Below are positions 9,832 through 19,969 of a stretch of DNA of 59,053 nt, in pieces (the stretch's first letter is position 1; each line of letters opens with the position of its first letter). The notes beneath the pieces are model-generated. The model made no database searches. It had not been told where the DNA came from and saw only the letters and a list, made by a program, of their open reading frames with translations. Source of the DNA: Deltaproteobacteria bacterium SM23_61 (GTDB taxonomy: Bacteria > Desulfobacterota > SM23-61). Made by a program: the position numbers and the translations under genes. The DNA lies in the NCBI GenBank assembly GCA_001304105.1, contig LJUR01000001.1:1-59053 (forward strand), in the 5' to 3' direction.

Positions 9832-11304
9832 ATGGAAGAAAAAGTCCGAGTGCGCTTCGCCCCCAGCCCCACGGGCTCTCTCCATGTGGGCAATGCCCGG
9901 ACGGCGCTCTTCAATTTCCTCTTTGCCCGTCAGACCGGAGGCGCTTTCATCCTGCGCCTGGAGGACACCGACCGGGAGCGCTCCACCCCGGAAGCGGAAA
10001 AGGCCATTCTAGAAGACCTCCGCTGGCTGGGGCTGGATTGGGACGAAGGCCCCGGGGTTTCCGGTCCTTTCGGGCCCTACCGCCAGTCCGAAAGGATGGA
10101 GATCCACCGCCGCTATGCCCGGGAGCTGCTGGGCAAAGGGCTGGTCTATCGCTGTTACTGTACCCCCGAGGAGCTGGAAGAAAAAAGAAAACGGCTCCTG
10201 GCCAGAGGGATTCCTCCCATGTACGACGGCCGCTGTCGCCACCTGAAACCGGAGGAAGCGCAGTCCCTCATCCGGGCCGGGCGGCCCGCTTCCCTTCGTT
10301 TCCGGGTGGAGGCGCGAAGCGTGGAATTCGAAGACCAGGTGAGGGGCCGCATGTCCTTCGACGGCAGGAAGATCGGGGATTTTGTCATCCTCCGTTCGGA
10401 TGGGATCGCTCCCTATAATTTTGCCGTGGTCATCGATGACGCGCAAATGGAAGTCACCCATGTCATCCGGGGCGAAGACCACCTGGCCAACACGGCCCGG
10501 CAGGTGCTTCTGTACCGGGCCCTCGGATGGGATCCGCCCCGGTTCGCCCATCTTTCCATGATCCTGGGGCCCGACCGTACCCCCCTGAGCAAGCGTCATG
10601 GCGCCACGGCTGTATCCCACTTTCGGGAAGTCGGATATCTTCCCGAAGGTCTGGTCAACTATCTGGCTCTTTTGGGCTGGTCTTCGGAGGACGGGAAGGA
10701 GATCTTTTCTCTCCAAGAGCTCATCCAGGGTTTTTCCCTCGGACGGCTCTCCCGCAGCCCGGCGGTTTTCGACGGGGAAAAGCTGAACTGGGTAAACCGG
10801 GCTCACCTGAAGGCCCTCCAGGGGGAAAAGGGGTTGGCGCTGGCGCGGCCTTTCCTTCGGAATTCCGGGTTGGAACTCGAAGGGATCCGGGAATCCTGGC
10901 TGGCCGCCGCGCTGGAAGCGGTCTGGACGGAGGTGGACACTCTTTCTCAGATCCCCGACCGGGTGAAATTCCTCTTCGACGAGAAATGGGAACTGGAATC
11001 TGAGGCCGAAGCCCTCTTGGCCAGGGAGGAATCCCGGAAGGTGATCGCTGGGCTGCGGGAGGAACTCCGCCTGGTGGAGGAAGTAAAAGTGGAAAATTTC
11101 CGGCAGGTCGTTTCTGGCCTGGCCAAACGGGCAGGGGTCTCCGGAAGGAGTCTTTACCTCCCCCTACGGGCCGCTCTCACCGGTAGGACCCACGGCCCGG
11201 AGCTGGAGAAGGTCTTCGTCCTGCTGGGAAAAGAAAAAATATTGAAGCGGGCCGACTCGGTCTTGCGGAGAAATGGGTCAGAGAGGAGCGCGTCACGTGA
11301 ATAA
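9832..11304 (+). CDS. gltX: Glutamate--tRNA ligase
   Basis: RFAPSPTG, HIGH-like HVGN, RLEDTD, IRGEDH, KMSKS-like LSKR, anticodon domain LR.ALTG. Confidence 0.95.
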   Translation: MEEKVRVRFAPSPTGSLHVGNARTALFNFLFARQTGGAFILRLEDTDRERSTPEAEKAILEDLRWLGLDWDEGPGVSGPFGPYRQSERMEIHRRYARELLGKGLVYRCYCTPEELEEKRKRLLARGIPPMYDGRCRHLKPEEAQSLIRAGRPASLRFRVEARSVEFEDQVRGRMSFDGRKIGDFVILRSDGIAPYNFAVVIDDAQMEVTHVIRGEDHLANTARQVLLYRALGWDPPRFAHLSMILGPDRTPLSKRHGATAVSHFREVGYLPEGLVNYLALLGWSSEDGKEIFSLQELIQGFSLGRLSRSPAVFDGEKLNWVNRAHLKALQGEKGLALARPFLRNSGLELEGIRESWLAAALEAVWTEVDTLSQIPDRVKFLFDEKWELESEAEALLAREESRKVIAGLREELRLVEEVKVENFRQVVSGLAKRAGVSGRSLYLPLRAALTGRTHGPELEKVFVLLGKEKILKRADSVLRRNGSERSASRE

Positions 11305-12301
11305 CCATGAATTGATTCCCTTGATCCCCAAACTCAAGAACGCCCGTGTCATGGTCATCGGAGACCTGATGGTGGATGAATACATCTGGGGAAGTGTTTC
11401 CCGGATCTCCCCGGAAGCGCCGGTCCCCGTGGTCAGCGTAACCTCGGAGAGCCTTCGTCTGGGCGGAGCAGGAAACGTGCTCAACAACATCTACACCCTC
11501 GGGGGCAAGGTGATGCTCGGGGGCGTGGTCGGGAACGACGATATGGGGCGCAAGGTCCTCCAGGACCTGCACAAGATGGGAGCGGACACGCAGGCGGTGG
11601 CGGTGGAACCCGACTGGATTACCACGGTCAAAACCCGGATCATCGCCCACCATCAGCAGGTGGTCCGGTACGACCGGGAAGTCGTCCGGGTCATCCGCCC
11701 GGAGCCGCTGAAAAAAATTCTCACCGTCCTGGAAGAGCGGATTCACGAACTGGATGCCGTACTGATCTCTGATTACGGAAAGGGGGTCGTCTGCCCGGAG
11801 ATGGTGGATGCGGTCCGCTCCATCACCCTCGGAGCGGGCAAGATCCTGACCGTGGACCCGAAAGTGCAAAATGTTCATCTTTTCCAGAAATTCACGGTGA
11901 TCACTCCCAACCACCACGAGGCCGCCCAGGCGACGGGGCGCTGGATCCAGACGGAAGAAGATCTGGTTTCCGTCGGCCGTCAGCTGCTCGGGCGGCTCCA
12001 GGCCAAATCGATCCTGATCACCCGGGGGGAAAAAGGGATGAGCCTCTTCCAGGATACCGGAGACATCACCCACATTCCCACCATGGCCAAGGAAGTCTTT
12101 GACGTGACCGGCGCCGGCGATACGGTGATCTCGGTCCTGACCATGGCCCTGGCTGTGGGGGCCGATGTAAAGCAGGCCGCGGCCCTCTCCAATTATGCCG
12201 CCGGGATCGTCGTGGGAGAAGTGGGAACCGCCACCCTGAAATCCTCCGAACTCGAGGATGCGGTGAGGAACGGCGTCCGATCGAAGAGTAAAATAACTTA
12301 A
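11297..12301 (+). CDS. hldA: D-glycero-beta-D-manno-heptose-7-phosphate kinase (HldA/RfaE domain I)
   Basis: GDLMVD, RISPEAPVPV, SDYGKG, DVTGAGD; GTG start overlapping the gltX end. Confidence 0.9.
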   Translation: MNNHELIPLIPKLKNARVMVIGDLMVDEYIWGSVSRISPEAPVPVVSVTSESLRLGGAGNVLNNIYTLGGKVMLGGVVGNDDMGRKVLQDLHKMGADTQAVAVEPDWITTVKTRIIAHHQQVVRYDREVVRVIRPEPLKKILTVLEERIHELDAVLISDYGKGVVCPEMVDAVRSITLGAGKILTVDPKVQNVHLFQKFTVITPNHHEAAQATGRWIQTEEDLVSVGRQLLGRLQAKSILITRGEKGMSLFQDTGDITHIPTMAKEVFDVTGAGDTVISVLTMALAVGADVKQAAALSNYAAGIVVGEVGTATLKSSELEDAVRNGVRSKSKIT

Positions 12302-12579
12302 CCGCAGAGGTCGCGGAGAACGCAGAGGCAGAAATGGCAAATGCTCAACTCCAGGATGCAGGGCGGAAGGCGTCCTCTTTTCCACCCTTCCCGGAAGGTC
12401 AAAACGGGTAAGGGCCTTTCAAGGAGTGATCTCTGCGCTCTCCGCCTTCTCTCCACTCATTCTCCGGTCTTAATCCCCGGAGGATGGAAACGCAAAGAGG
12501 AGTCTATATTCATAAAAGGATTTGTGTTTTTTATCTCTACCAAGAAAAAGCTCTGCGATCTCTGCGTACTCTGCGGTTT
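12299..12579. repeat. MITE-like element with AACCGCAGAG 9-mer-array inverted ends
   Basis: taaccgcagag gtcgcggag aacgcagag versus ctctgcgat ctctgcgta ctctgcggtt. Confidence 0.75.
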
Positions 12580-12664
12580 ATTTTTTCTTCCTTTCCGGAG
12601 GGCGCAGAGACTTTCATAATTTTCTAAGCAGCAAGAAACCCGGCCCCAACGGCTAAGGAGCGTT

Positions 12665-13240
12665 GTGAGTCTTCCCCGTCCGCCCCGACCGGTTAAACTG
12701 GTGATGAGCTTCCTGTGCTCCAGGGAGGGTGACTTCGCCGCCGCTTTTTCCGAAGCCGATCGCCAGTACGGACCGGCGGATGTGGTGAGCGAGCCCCTTC
12801 CCTTCCGTTTCACCGATTATTATGAGCGGGAAATGGGCGGGGACCTGTGGCGCAGGATGGTCGGTTTTGAACCCTTGATTTCACCGGAACAGATCGTGTC
12901 CATCAAGCTCTGGGCCAACGGTGTGGAAGCCCGGAACCTGAACGAGCGGGGGGGAAGAAGGGTGAACATCGACCCGGGTTTTCTGGCCGGGTCGAAATTC
13001 GTCCTGGTCACCGGAAAGGATTACAGTCACCGGCTGTACCTCGGCGAAGGAATCTACGGGGAAATCACCTTGAAGGTTCAGCAAGGGGGATTCGCCGCCC
13101 TGCCCTGGACCTATCCGGACTACGGATCCCAACCTCTCTTGGAGATTTTGGATTCGCTGCGGAGGCGGTATCTCTGGCAGATGAAACAACTGGGCGAAAA
13201 GGGAAAAGGGCGAAAGGGCGAAGAGGGACGGACTTTATGA
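12665..13240 (+). CDS. DUF4416 family protein
   Basis: TDYY..EMG, RRVNIDPG, HRLYL..GIY, PWTYPDY; typical position upstream of yicC. Confidence 0.8.
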   Translation: MSLPRPPRPVKLVMSFLCSREGDFAAAFSEADRQYGPADVVSEPLPFRFTDYYEREMGGDLWRRMVGFEPLISPEQIVSIKLWANGVEARNLNERGGRRVNIDPGFLAGSKFVLVTGKDYSHRLYLGEGIYGEITLKVQQGGFAALPWTYPDYGSQPLLEILDSLRRRYLWQMKQLGEKGKGRKGEEGRTL

Positions 13241-14115
13241 TTAAGAGCATGACCGGTTATGGCCGCGGAGAATGGCGGGGAGAAGGAAAAAAGCTGGGAG
13301 CGGAGATCAAGTCGGTCAACCACCGCTACTGCGACATCTCCCTCCGCCTTCCCCGGAAACTGAATCCTCTGGAGACCCAGGCGCGCAACTTCCTCCGCCA
13401 GCGCATCTCCCGGGGGCGAATCGAAGCCTTTGTCCAGCTGGAGGAATCTGCCCTGCCCGGGGAGAAGCTTGAGGTCGACCTGAAAGTGGCCAGGGATTAT
13501 TTTCTGGGCCTCAAAGCCCTGCAGGAAAACCTGGGGATCCCGGGGGAGGTCCGCCTGGAAACCCTGGCCGGTTTCCGGGATATTTTTACCCGGAAGGAAA
13601 CCGAGCCAGACCTGGGAAAGGAGTGGGAATGCCTGCAGGCGGCGCTCGAAGGAGCCCTGGCCGGGCTGGAAGCCATGCGGAGAGACGAGGGCCTGAAGCT
13701 GAAGGAGGATTTTCTGGCCAGGCTGGCGGCCCTGGAAAGGATGATCCGGGAAATCGAAAACCAGGCTCCCCTGGCTTTAAAGGCCTGCCGGGACCGGCTG
13801 GCCCAGCGGGTTCAGGAGTTGAGCGGGGGCTTGGGGATCGACGAGAGTCGTTTGGCGCAGGAGGTCGCTTTTCTGGCCGAGCGAAGCGATATCACCGAGG
13901 AGCTGGTCCGCCTCCGCAGCCACCTGAATCAGTACCGGGAGATGCTGAATTCGCCGGAACCGGCGGGGAGGAAGCTGGAGTTCCTCCTCCAGGAAATCAA
14001 CCGGGAGGCCAACACCATCGGATCCAAGGCTAACGACGCGGGGATCTCCCACGTGGTGGTGGAAATGAAGAGCGAGTTGGAAAAGATCCGCGAGCAGGTC
14101 CAGAACGTAGAATAA
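13237..14115 (+). CDS. yicC: YicC/YloC family endoribonuclease
   Basis: SMTGYG, SVNHRY, DITEE..RL.SH, GRKL.F..QE.NRE.NTIGSK, REQVQNVE. Confidence 0.94.
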   Translation: MIKSMTGYGRGEWRGEGKKLGAEIKSVNHRYCDISLRLPRKLNPLETQARNFLRQRISRGRIEAFVQLEESALPGEKLEVDLKVARDYFLGLKALQENLGIPGEVRLETLAGFRDIFTRKETEPDLGKEWECLQAALEGALAGLEAMRRDEGLKLKEDFLARLAALERMIREIENQAPLALKACRDRLAQRVQELSGGLGIDESRLAQEVAFLAERSDITEELVRLRSHLNQYREMLNSPEPAGRKLEFLLQEINREANTIGSKANDAGISHVVVEMKSELEKIREQVQNVE

Positions 14116-14118
14116 TCG

Positions 14119-14348
14119 TTCACCACAGAGACACAGAGAACACAGAGTTTTAACCGAAAAAAAGAACTGGGATAATGGAACAATGGAATAATGGAATGGT
14201 GGGTAATACAACTGGTTTCCCAATATTCCAACATTCCAATATTCCAATTTTCCAGTTTTTCTCTCTGCGGTCTCTGCGTTCTCTGCGGTGGTGTTTTTAG
14301 TTTTCAATTATAATATTATCTCCGTGTCCTCTGTGTCTCTGTGGTGAA
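14119..14348. repeat. Nested MITE-like element: 20-bp perfect terminal inverted repeats enclosing an inverted 8-mer array and a CTCTGCG 9-mer array
   Basis: TTCACCACAGAGACACAGAG (14119-14138) / CTCTGTGTCTCTGTGGTGAA (14329-14348); inner tggaataa / ttccaata arrays. Confidence 0.85.
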
Positions 14349-14969
14349 ATGCCGATGAAAAAGGAAAAAGGAGTTCTGTTCGTTGTGTCCGGCGCTTCGG
14401 GAACGGGCAAGTCCACCCTCTGCCGGGCCCTGCTGAAGAACTTTCCCTCCCTTCGCTTCTCCGTCTCCCACACCACCCGTCCCCGGCGGCCCGGGGAGCG
14501 GGAGGGACGGGATTACTACTTCGTCTCTCCGGCAAAATTTCAGCAGATGATCGACCGGGGAGATTTCGTAGAGTGGGCTGAAATATACGGGAAACGGTAC
14601 GGGACCTCGAGGCGGATGTTACACAAGGCCCGGCGGGAGGGGCGGGATGTAATCCTGGATATGGACGTACAGGGGGTCCGGCAGCTGCGGAAGCAAAAGA
14701 TCCCCGCAGTTTTCGTGTTCATCCTGCCACCCTCCCTGAAGGAGCTGCAGCGGCGGCTGAAGAACCGGGAAACAGAGGGAAAGGTAGCCCTGGGACAGCG
14801 CCTCCAAAAGGCCCGGTACGAAATCTCCCAGGCCCACGGGTACGACTATTGGATCGTCAACGAGGATGTAGAAAAGGCCCGGGAAAAGCTCAAGGCTATC
14901 TTCCTGGCCGAGCACTGCCGGCGGGAAAAAATGAGCGGAGCAATCGAAAAATTGCTGGTTGAAAAATAA
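14349..14969 (+). CDS. gmk: Guanylate kinase
   Basis: [10 protein letters not shown]-loop, SHTTR.RRPGE.EG.DYYF, YGT. Confidence 0.95.
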   Translation: MPMKKEKGVLFVVSGASGTGKSTLCRALLKNFPSLRFSVSHTTRPRRPGEREGRDYYFVSPAKFQQMIDRGDFVEWAEIYGKRYGTSRRMLHKARREGRDVILDMDVQGVRQLRKQKIPAVFVFILPPSLKELQRRLKNRETEGKVALGQRLQKARYEISQAHGYDYWIVNEDVEKAREKLKAIFLAEHCRREKMSGAIEKLLVEK

Positions 14970-15091
14970 GCGCAAATCCCCATAGAATCAAGATGACCTC
15001 AGGAGATTTCTTGCCGCCTCCCCTCTTTTGGCGCAAGCGGTTACGGCGGCCGGATGCTCTCTGGGGTTCGCGAAAGGCAGGAGGAAGAAAG

Positions 15092-15331
15092 ATGGCCCGA
15101 ATCACCGTGGAAGATTGTCTGAAGAAAGTTTCCAACCGGTTTGCTCTGGTGCTGCTGGCTTCCGCCAGGACCAAGCAGCTCTACAAGGGGTCCCACCCCC
15201 GGGTCCAGGCCGACAACAAGGAAGTGGTGCTGGCCCTGCGGGAAGTGGCTGCCGGCAAAGTGACCCCGGCCCGGCCTCTGAAGGAAGACCTCTCGTTGCC
15301 GAACAAGGCTCCCAAAGAACTCAAGTCCTAG
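15092..15331 (+). CDS. rpoZ: RNA polymerase omega subunit
   Basis: [22 protein letters not shown]; AGGAGG RBS; follows gmk. Confidence 0.95.
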   Translation: MARITVEDCLKKVSNRFALVLLASARTKQLYKGSHPRVQADNKEVVLALREVAAGKVTPARPLKEDLSLPNKAPKELKS

Positions 15332-15343
15332 CCGGAGGCCCGC

Positions 15344-16069
15344 TTGAATGATCCATCATCCCCAGCCCAGAGAGTAATCTTCGCCCTTGACGTCGCCACC
15401 CTGGGAGAGGCCCGGGAGTTTGTGAACCTGTTAAAAGGGCGGACGGGTTTCTTCAAGGTGGGGCTGGAGCTTTATACCGCCTATGGCCAGGAAGCGGTTA
15501 AAGCCGTACAGGCGGAAGGAGGCCGGGTCTTTCTGGACCTGAAGTTCCACGACATTCCCCGCACCGTATCCCGGGCCGCCGAAGAGGCGGTCAGGCTCGG
15601 GGTGGACATGTTCAACCTCCACGCCTCCGGAGGAACCGAGATGATGCGGGAGACGGTGGAACGATGCCGGAAGGCCGCGGAAAAGATGAACCGCCGTCCC
15701 CCCCTCATCCTGGCGGTCACCGTTCTGACCAGCATGGACGATGCAAACCTGAGAGAAATCGGCATGACCGGCCCGATCGAGGAAAGAGTCGTGAGCCTGG
15801 CGGAACTGGCCCAAAAGGCCGGGCTGGACGGCGTCGTAGCTTCCCCCCGGGAGATCGCTTCTATCCGCCGGCGCTGCGGGCGGGACTTTGTCATCGTCAC
15901 CCCCGGGATCCGTCCGGCCTTCGAAGCAGGGAAGGACGATCAGAAAAGGGTGATGACCGCCCGGGAGGCGATTTCCGCCGGGGCGAGTTACATTGTGGTG
16001 GGTCGCCCGGTCCGATTGGCGCCGGATCCGGCAGCGGCCATGGACAAGGTCCTCGAAGAAATAGGGTAA
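15344..16069 (+). CDS. pyrF: Orotidine-5'-phosphate decarboxylase
   Basis: ALD, KVG, FLDLKFHDIP.TV, VTVLTS, TPGIR, DQKR, VVGRP. Confidence 0.95.
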   Translation: MNDPSSPAQRVIFALDVATLGEAREFVNLLKGRTGFFKVGLELYTAYGQEAVKAVQAEGGRVFLDLKFHDIPRTVSRAAEEAVRLGVDMFNLHASGGTEMMRETVERCRKAAEKMNRRPPLILAVTVLTSMDDANLREIGMTGPIEERVVSLAELAQKAGLDGVVASPREIASIRRRCGRDFVIVTPGIRPAFEAGKDDQKRVMTAREAISAGASYIVVGRPVRLAPDPAAAMDKVLEEIG

Positions 16070-16080
16070 AGGGTACCCCG

Positions 16081-16956
16081 ATGATGAGCCGATTTCTCTT
16101 CCCGGCAGCCCTTTTTCTGTTCTTGCTCCAGGTGACCTGTGCCAAGCCTCCCGTGCGGATGCCCGCGGAGGAGGTACCCCGGCCCCTTCCTCCGCAGGTC
16201 TCCGAGTTTGTTCCCAGAAAAGTATATGATTTGAATATTATCCCGGCCTGGGAAGGAGTCCTCCAATCTCTGCGGGAGACGAATATGCCCCTTACGGTCC
16301 GGGACCGGGACAAGGGGATCCTGCGGACCGATTACATCAAAGGCGGGGAGATCCGGCGGATGGGTAAGGCATTCTCGACCCGTTATAAATACAATATTTT
16401 CTTATTCCGGGAGTCAGAGCAAAGGACAATCCTCAATGTCCGTTGCCTCTACGAGGTCAAGGAAAGAAACGGGCAGTCTTTTAGGAACGCCAATGATCTC
16501 TACCTGGATGAAGTGATTCTCCTGGAAAAGGAACTGTACCGAATCATCGAATCCACCCTGAGCGGGGCGGAAGCTTCGAGCGCCCCGGGCGTGAAAGCGG
16601 AGGGAAAAGAGAAGGCCTCGGCAATCCCTGAGGCCCCCGAACCAAAAGCACTTCCCCCGGTCTCTTCCCGGGAATCCCAAACTCCCCCACCTCCCGCAAA
16701 GGGAGAAACTGCCACTTCTCCTCGACCGGAGCAAAAGGCGGAGGCCACCATGCCCCAGCCCATTATCTATCTGGTCACCAGAAAGAACGCCAACCTGCGG
16801 GAACGGCCCTCCACACGGTCGAAAATCCTGCTGACCCTGAAGGCGGGGAGGAAGGTGGAGAAGATCCAGGAGTCGGGAAATTGGGTGCAAGTCAGAATCT
16901 GGGAAACGACGACCGGATGGATTTTTAAGGACCTGCTCCAGGAAGCCCCACCATAA
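16081..16956 (+). CDS. Exported or lipoprotein with Pro-rich linker and C-terminal SH3b-like domain
   Basis: Hydrophobic signal ending at Cys; C-terminal ANLRERPST...GNWVQV...TGWI. Confidence 0.7.
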   Translation: MMSRFLFPAALFLFLLQVTCAKPPVRMPAEEVPRPLPPQVSEFVPRKVYDLNIIPAWEGVLQSLRETNMPLTVRDRDKGILRTDYIKGGEIRRMGKAFSTRYKYNIFLFRESEQRTILNVRCLYEVKERNGQSFRNANDLYLDEVILLEKELYRIIESTLSGAEASSAPGVKAEGKEKASAIPEAPEPKALPPVSSRESQTPPPPAKGETATSPRPEQKAEATMPQPIIYLVTRKNANLRERPSTRSKILLTLKAGRKVEKIQESGNWVQVRIWETTTGWIFKDLLQEAPP

Positions 16957-16979
16957 CCAATGGGGAATAAAAACCTAAT

Positions 16980-17220
16980 GGGACGCGGATGAACACGGAT
17001 AAACACGGATGAATCGTTAGCAAAGAAATTATCGACCAACCACCCAAGGGACAGACAAAGAAAGATGTTTCTTATTTCCCGAACGATGAAAAAGGAACTC
17101 CGTTCAATGCCCGATGCGGAATTCGGGATGAGAAATGTAGGGGCGCGCGGCGCGCGTCCAAGCGGAATGGGGAGTAAGAAAAGAACTGACACGGGGACAC
17201 GAACACGGTGACACGGAGAA
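16980..17220. repeat. Cluster of short repeats (ACACGGAT 9-mers, GACACGG 8-mers) and a GTAG-type REP-like palindrome at 17137-17159
   Basis: acgcggatga acacggata aacacggat; GTAGGGGCGCGCGGCGCGCGTCC; gacacggg gacacg...gacacgg. Confidence 0.65.
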
Positions 17221-17230
17221 TGAAATCCCC

Positions 17231-18916
17231 ATGAGCCAGAAGCCCGATAAAGTTATCTACACCATGATGGAGGTGGGCCGATACTACGACAAGAAGCCGG
17301 TCCTGGAGGACATTTCCCTGGGTTATTTTTACGGGGCCAAGATCGGGGTGATCGGTCTGAATGGATCGGGGAAGAGCTCCCTCCTCCGGATCATGGCCGG
17401 GGTGGACATTGAATTCGTCGGCCAGACCATTCTCTCCCCGGGTTATTCCATCGGCTTTCTGGAGCAGGAACCCAGGCTGGACGATTCCAAGACCGTCCGG
17501 GAGATCGTGGAGGAAGGCGTCAAAGGAACCGTCGACCTGCTCAAGGAGTTCGAGAGGATCAACGAAAAATTTGCCGAGCCCATGTCCGACGACGAAATGA
17601 ATAAACTCCTCGAGCGCCAGGGGCAGGTCCAGGAAAAGCTGGACGCCCAGGGAGCTTGGGATCTTGACAGCCGTCTGGAAATGGCCATGGACGCCCTGAG
17701 GTGCCCGCCCGGCGATACGCCGGCCAGGGTCCTCTCCGGCGGGGAGCGCCGGCGCGTCGCCCTTTGCCGCCTTCTCCTGCAGAAACCCGACATCCTGCTT
17801 CTCGACGAACCCACCAACCATCTGGACGCCGAGACCGTAGGCTGGCTGGAGGCACACTTGCAGCAATACCCGGGCACGGTCATCGCCGTGACCCACGACC
17901 GGTATTTTCTGGACAACGTGGCCGGCTGGATCCTGGAGCTGGACCGGGGCCGGGGAATCCCCTGGAAGGGAAATTACTCCTCCTGGCTCGAGCAGAAGAG
18001 GACCCGCCTGCAGCAGGAAGAAAAGGCCGAGACCGCCCGGCAGAAAACCCTCCAGCGGGAACTGGAATGGATCCGCATGGCCCCCAAGGCCCGCCAGGCC
18101 AAGGGAAAGGCGAGGGTCAACGCCTATGAAGCCCTGTTGAGCCAGGAGACGGAAAAGCGCCGGGAGGACCTGGAGATCTATATCCCTTCCGGTCCCCGCC
18201 TGGGGAACCTGGTCATTGAAGCAAAAGATTTAAGCAAGGCTTATGGAGAAAAGCTCCTCTTCGAGGGAATGAACTTCAACCTTCCGCCCGGGGGAATCGT
18301 GGGGGTCATCGGGCCAAATGGCGCTGGAAAAACAACTCTCTTCCGGCTGATCACGAGCCAGGAAGAAGCGGACCGGGGAACGATCCGGATCGGGGAGACG
18401 GTAAAACTCGCCTACGTAGATCAGAGTCGGGATCATCTGGACTCGGAGAAAACTATCTGGCAGGAAATTTCCGGGGGACAGGACATGCTCCAGCTTGGGA
18501 ACCGGGAGGTAAATTCCCGGGCTTACGTAGCCCGTTTTAATTTTCCCGGCTCGGAACAACAGAAGAAGGTGGGTTTACTCTCGGGAGGGGAAAGGAACCG
18601 GGTTCATTTTGCCAAGATGCTGAAGGAAGGCGGCAACGTCATCTTGTTGGACGAGCCCACCAATGACCTGGACGTGAACACCTTGCGGGCTCTGGAGGAG
18701 GCCCTCGAAAACTTCGCCGGCTGCGCCGTGGTGATCAGCCACGACCGCTGGTTCCTCGACCGAATCGCCACCCACATCCTTGCTTTTGAGGGGGACAGCA
18801 AGGCCGTCTGGTTCGCCGGGAATTATTCCGACTATGAAGCCGACCGCAAAAGAAGACTCGGTGCCGCCGCCGACCAGCCCCACCGGATCAAGTACCGCCA
18901 GCTGACGCGCAGATAA
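17231..18916 (+). CDS. ettA: Energy-dependent translational throttle ABC-F ATPase
   Basis: Two ABC domains ([16 protein letters not shown]), linker ELEWIR..PKARQAK.KAR, C-terminal PHRIKY. Confidence 0.94.
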   Translation: MSQKPDKVIYTMMEVGRYYDKKPVLEDISLGYFYGAKIGVIGLNGSGKSSLLRIMAGVDIEFVGQTILSPGYSIGFLEQEPRLDDSKTVREIVEEGVKGTVDLLKEFERINEKFAEPMSDDEMNKLLERQGQVQEKLDAQGAWDLDSRLEMAMDALRCPPGDTPARVLSGGERRRVALCRLLLQKPDILLLDEPTNHLDAETVGWLEAHLQQYPGTVIAVTHDRYFLDNVAGWILELDRGRGIPWKGNYSSWLEQKRTRLQQEEKAETARQKTLQRELEWIRMAPKARQAKGKARVNAYEALLSQETEKRREDLEIYIPSGPRLGNLVIEAKDLSKAYGEKLLFEGMNFNLPPGGIVGVIGPNGAGKTTLFRLITSQEEADRGTIRIGETVKLAYVDQSRDHLDSEKTIWQEISGGQDMLQLGNREVNSRAYVARFNFPGSEQQKKVGLLSGGERNRVHFAKMLKEGGNVILLDEPTNDLDVNTLRALEEALENFAGCAVVISHDRWFLDRIATHILAFEGDSKAVWFAGNYSDYEADRKRRLGAAADQPHRIKYRQLTRR

Positions 18917-18961
18917 GCGCCCCCAAAACAGTGCTGGGTGCTGAGAAAGTAGGATCAAAAA

Positions 18962-19969
18962 GGGGTCAGGCTTGCAAAGTTTGAGATTTTAAGAGCGCAT
19001 GTTTCAACTCTTCCATGGTTGCAGACAATTTAGTATCCCTCTTCGAAAGCACACGGACCCTCCTCGCCCCTGAACTCAAGGTCGATATATCCCGATTCAC
19101 CCGCTTGCTTAAATCCTTCAAAGTTAGCTTTCTCGACTCCAAAACTAACCAAGCAATGACCCCACGAACCTCGGAAACCCGATGGCCCCTCCCTGCAGCC
19201 GAAAGTTCCGACTCTTTTACGCCATAATAATGGCAGACTTTCTCGATTATCTTCCCCATCCCTGGGACCCGCTCGACCCTACGCTCCTCTCGGCTGAGAA
19301 CCTCTTCGATAAAAGTGTCATCCCCCAGAACTCTTCGTTCACCCCTTTTCCCCCGGTGAAATTCCTCCCGGTGTCCTTCGGCTTTGCCGGAATGAACAAA
19401 CTCCCGGTATTCTTTTCTCGCCCGACTTCGGCGCGAAGAAAATTGAGATAGAACCCAATCTCTCGTGAGCCAAGGTAACTTCTTCTCTCCTAAATAAGCG
19501 AGATGACTGCTCCACGGATACTCCTCCGGAGATCCAACCATTCCAGCCCGCACCGGATTCAGATGGAGATAACGGACCAGCTCCAGCAAATAAGAATCCC
19601 CATCCACCAGAACAGCCTTATAGCGCCCTTGGAATAGATGCCCGACCCGATCTTGCCGTCGGTTCGTCCACTGCGTATACCGAAAACATAGGTTTTGCAT
19701 GATCCGCGATAAAGAAACCTCTCCGACCTGCACGGCTAAATGAATATGATTTGGCATTAAACAAAAGGCATGGACCCGGTGATCGTATCTCTCCAGCCCA
19801 TCCTGCAATAGGCTTAGAAAATGGAACCGGTCCGCAGCCGAGAAAAAAATTTCCTGGCGTGCGTTCCCTCGCACCACGACATGATAAACCGCTCCCGGAT
19901 AGTGAATTCTCGGCTTTCGGGCCATGAAAGTAATATACCCAAAATTTCAAAATATGCAAGCCTGACCCC
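18962..19969 (-). mobile_element. 1008-bp RAYT-like element bounded by perfect 15-bp terminal inverted repeats
   Basis: GGGGTCAGGCTTGCA at 18962-18976 and TGCAAGCCTGACCCC at 19955-19969 enclose the transposase gene. Confidence 0.85.
18966..19925 (-). CDS. REP-associated tyrosine transposase-like (Y1 HUH) protein with C-terminal DnaA_C-like HTH
   Basis: YHV..RGN, MPNHIH (HUH), LFQGRY, Y.HLNP, YPWSS; C-terminal IIEKVC.YYGV...RDISTL. Confidence 0.9.
   Translation of the reverse strand: MARKPRIHYPGAVYHVVVRGNARQEIFFSAADRFHFLSLLQDGLERYDHRVHAFCLMPNHIHLAVQVGEVSLSRIMQNLCFRYTQWTNRRQDRVGHLFQGRYKAVLVDGDSYLLELVRYLHLNPVRAGMVGSPEEYPWSSHLAYLGEKKLPWLTRDWVLSQFSSRRSRARKEYREFVHSGKAEGHREEFHRGKRGERRVLGDDTFIEEVLSREERRVERVPGMGKIIEKVCHYYGVKESELSAAGRGHRVSEVRGVIAWLVLESRKLTLKDLSKRVNRDISTLSSGARRVRVLSKRDTKLSATMEELKHALLKSQTLQA

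Noticed and set aside
15664-16080. N-terminal extension of the 430-aa ORF
   Set aside because: Overlaps pyrF out of frame; the signal peptide begins at ATG 16081
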